DNA of 32,000 nucleotides, taken from positions 2,400,001 to 2,432,000 of the forward strand of contig CP060262.1 of assembly GCA_022646745.1 (NCBI GenBank). The letters run 5' to 3'. This document shows positions 30,582 to 32,000 of this stretch, piece after piece. The notes under the pieces are model-generated. The model searched no databases. It was not told where the DNA came from and worked only from the letters and a program-made list of their open reading frames with translations. Source of the DNA: Planctomycetales bacterium (GTDB lineage Bacteria; 4484-113; JAFGCY01). The position numbers and the translations under genes were made by a program. Each line of letters begins with the position of its first letter. The stretch's first letter is position 1.

Positions 30582-31414
30582 TCGCCCTCCGTGATGCCAA
30601 TGGCCTCGCCGACCCAGGCACAGCCACCGAGCTGCTGCTCGCCGTGGATCACGGTGGCGATCATGCTGGAGTAAGCTCCGGACATGCTGTCCTGGCAGCT
30701 GGCGCTGGCGAATTCGATGGCGATCTCCGCTCCTTCGCCCATCGGCACGCCGGAGATGTTGACAAAGTTCTCGTCCGCTGTCATTTCCGACACGCTGAAA
30801 TTCCACTGGCCTTCCGGCGTCGTCAGTGAGAGCAGTCCATTGCTGAACACGGTGATGCCCCAGAAGGGCTCATTGCCGGCGGCCCGGTAGACGACATTCG
30901 AGAGGTCCTCCTCGCAGCCGCTGGTCTCCCCGATCGGTGCCGCATGCCACAGCCGCTCGAGGGTCATCGTGGCCTCTCCCATGCTCACATCCATGATCGC
31001 ATAGAACTGCCCGTCCGGGCCGACGAGGTCCGGGGCGGCGGTGCGCAGTGAGTTGGCAGCGTCGTCATTTATGCTCATCTCGCTCAGGCCGCAGGGGGTG
31101 AAGAAGAAACCGGTGCCATTGGCTGTGATGACGCCGCGCATGCGACGCACTTCACCCTCATGCGACATCTCACATGGGTTGGACTCGTCCATGCCCTCTG
31201 CTGCCGCATCTGTCTGTTCACCGGCATCTGCGATTGTTCCGGAATCGGCCGGCTCGCTGTCGCAGGGGTTGGCTTGGCTGTCAGCAGCCGGCTGGCTGCC
31301 GGCATTGCTTGCCGCAGTGTTGCTCCTGTCTTCACCGGACTTGTCAACGCAGGCGCTCAGGCAGAGCGACGCCAGCAGCAGGCAGCTGCTTAACAGATTC
31401 CCAAAGTGCTTCAT
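30578..31414 (-). CDS. Lipoprotein with COG3650-like (GNEPFW .. C.D.MSG .. GC) domain
   Basis: GGAAGGAAG lies 4 nt upstream of ATG 31414. Lipobox SLCLSA|C (Cys22), then a low-complexity acidic linker. Motifs: ..LERLWHAAP.GETSGCEEDL..AAGNEPFWGITV.. and ..ASCQDSMSGAYSSMIATVIHGEQQLGGCAW. Confidence 0.75.
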   Translation of the reverse strand: MKHFGNLLSSCLLLASLCLSACVDKSGEDRSNTAASNAGSQPAADSQANPCDSEPADSGTIADAGEQTDAAAEGMDESNPCEMSHEGEVRRMRGVITANGTGFFFTPCGLSEMSINDDAANSLRTAAPDLVGPDGQFYAIMDVSMGEATMTLERLWHAAPIGETSGCEEDLSNVVYRAAGNEPFWGITVFSNGLLSLTTPEGQWNFSVSEMTADENFVNISGVPMGEGAEIAIEFASASCQDSMSGAYSSMIATVIHGEQQLGGCAWVGEAIGITEGE

Positions 31415-31495
31415 AATGCTTCCTTCCTATTGCCAGATGGGACAAGCCCGGTCTGGCCTGATTCTAGCACCGTGCGCCGGATCAGGGGTTGCTGG

Positions 31496-32000
31496 CTATT
31501 CGCCTGCCGGTGTGGGATCCGGTTGCTCTTCCGGCATTTCAGCAAGCTCGCCCGGCCAGGCCACACCGCTGTGGATGCCTCCGGAGTATCCAAGTCTGGC
31601 CTGCATGCCAAACCAGTCGCCACTCTCACTGTCCACGCTACCTGCCTCTGTGACATCAAGCTCAATGCTGCTGCCATCCACAGGGTTACTGCCGGTGTAG
31701 ATCGTCCGGCCAGGTTCTCGGCGCAATCCGCTGAAGTCATAGAGTGTCTCGTCTATCCCACTGCCGTCGTCAGTCGGCATCAGCAGCGCGATCACCCGGC
31801 TGCCGCGCACTTCCACGCCCCAGTAGGGTTCACTGCCGCGTGCCAGCAGCAGCAGGCCGGACAGGTCCTCGCGGCAACCGAGACTGCGGCCGGTCGGCGA
31901 TGCCCGCCAGAGCTGCTCAAGCGACATTCCATCGTTGTCGATCATCACATCCAGCTGTACATACAGGCTGCCGCTTTCGTTGCCCATCCGCAGCAGCTGC
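31496..32000 (-). CDS. Paralogous lipoprotein-like protein (5' part outside the window)
   Basis: The frame stays open to the window edge (..QLLRMGNESGS..). Blocks LEQLWRASPTGRSLGCREDL and ARGSEPYWGVEV are colinear with the 30578..31414 product, whose equivalent blocks lie ~150 aa from its N-terminus. The true start is therefore beyond position 32000. Confidence 0.7.
   Translation of the reverse strand, partial: QLLRMGNESGSLYVQLDVMIDNDGMSLEQLWRASPTGRSLGCREDLSGLLLLARGSEPYWGVEVRGSRVIALLMPTDDGSGIDETLYDFSGLRREPGRTIYTGSNPVDGSSIELDVTEAGSVDSESGDWFGMQARLGYSGGIHSGVAWPGELAEMPEEQPDPTPAGE

Noticed and set aside
30582-30806. N-terminal extension of the MBL-like ORF
   Set aside because: It overlaps the 3' end of the lipoprotein gene in another frame and translates to Arg/His-rich nonsense. 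GTG 30581, with GGAGGG upstream and a GTGA stop-start overlap, is a better start.

Overview
This is a GC-rich, densely coding chromosomal segment, apparently from a diderm environmental bacterium (several lipoboxes, ECF sigma modules). I call 34 CDS, two of them cut by the window edges. I found no rRNA, tRNA, CRISPR array, transposase, integrase or recognisable defence gene. Gene content: (1) a minus-strand cluster of four secreted proteins or lipoproteins (361-7312), including a 1050-aa lipoprotein with cohesin-like, dockerin-like, FN3 and propeller parts; (2) a DUF2089 zinc-ribbon/HTH gene, a small ORF and a SHOCT/toastrack (DUF4097) gene; (3) an ECF sigma, a small anti-sigma and a CpxP/CnrX-like gene, preceded by a duplicated His-rich periplasmic protein; (4) housekeeping genes (RmlA-like nucleotidyltransferase, maf, GuaB3-type IMPDH-related, dodecin, phnC-phnE); (5) two tandem paralogs of an unrecognised cytoplasmic family with a conserved C-terminal tail PPRTxPxGxxxLNF; (6) a second ECF sigma with a 596-aa anti-sigma-like partner; (7) several secreted paralog pairs. 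The most unusual signals are non-coding. One is a family of intergenic elements whose two arms are inverted arrays of tandem 7-8-mers around a short shared core (115-288, 9390-9488, 15243-15396, and a 0.75-kb mosaic at 22.9-23.6 kb). The other is a REP-like family of GGAGG plus GNRA hairpins that twice starts inside a TAG stop codon. Other leads are several genes with a -10 box 6-9 nt before the start codon and no Shine-Dalgarno (candidate leaderless mRNAs), two orphan minus-strand terminators, and two low-GC islets. I cannot name one definite novel system. The best candidates are the heptamer-armed element family, the TAGGAGG REP units and the tandem LNF-tail paralogs. All family assignments come from motif recognition by eye and need database confirmation.
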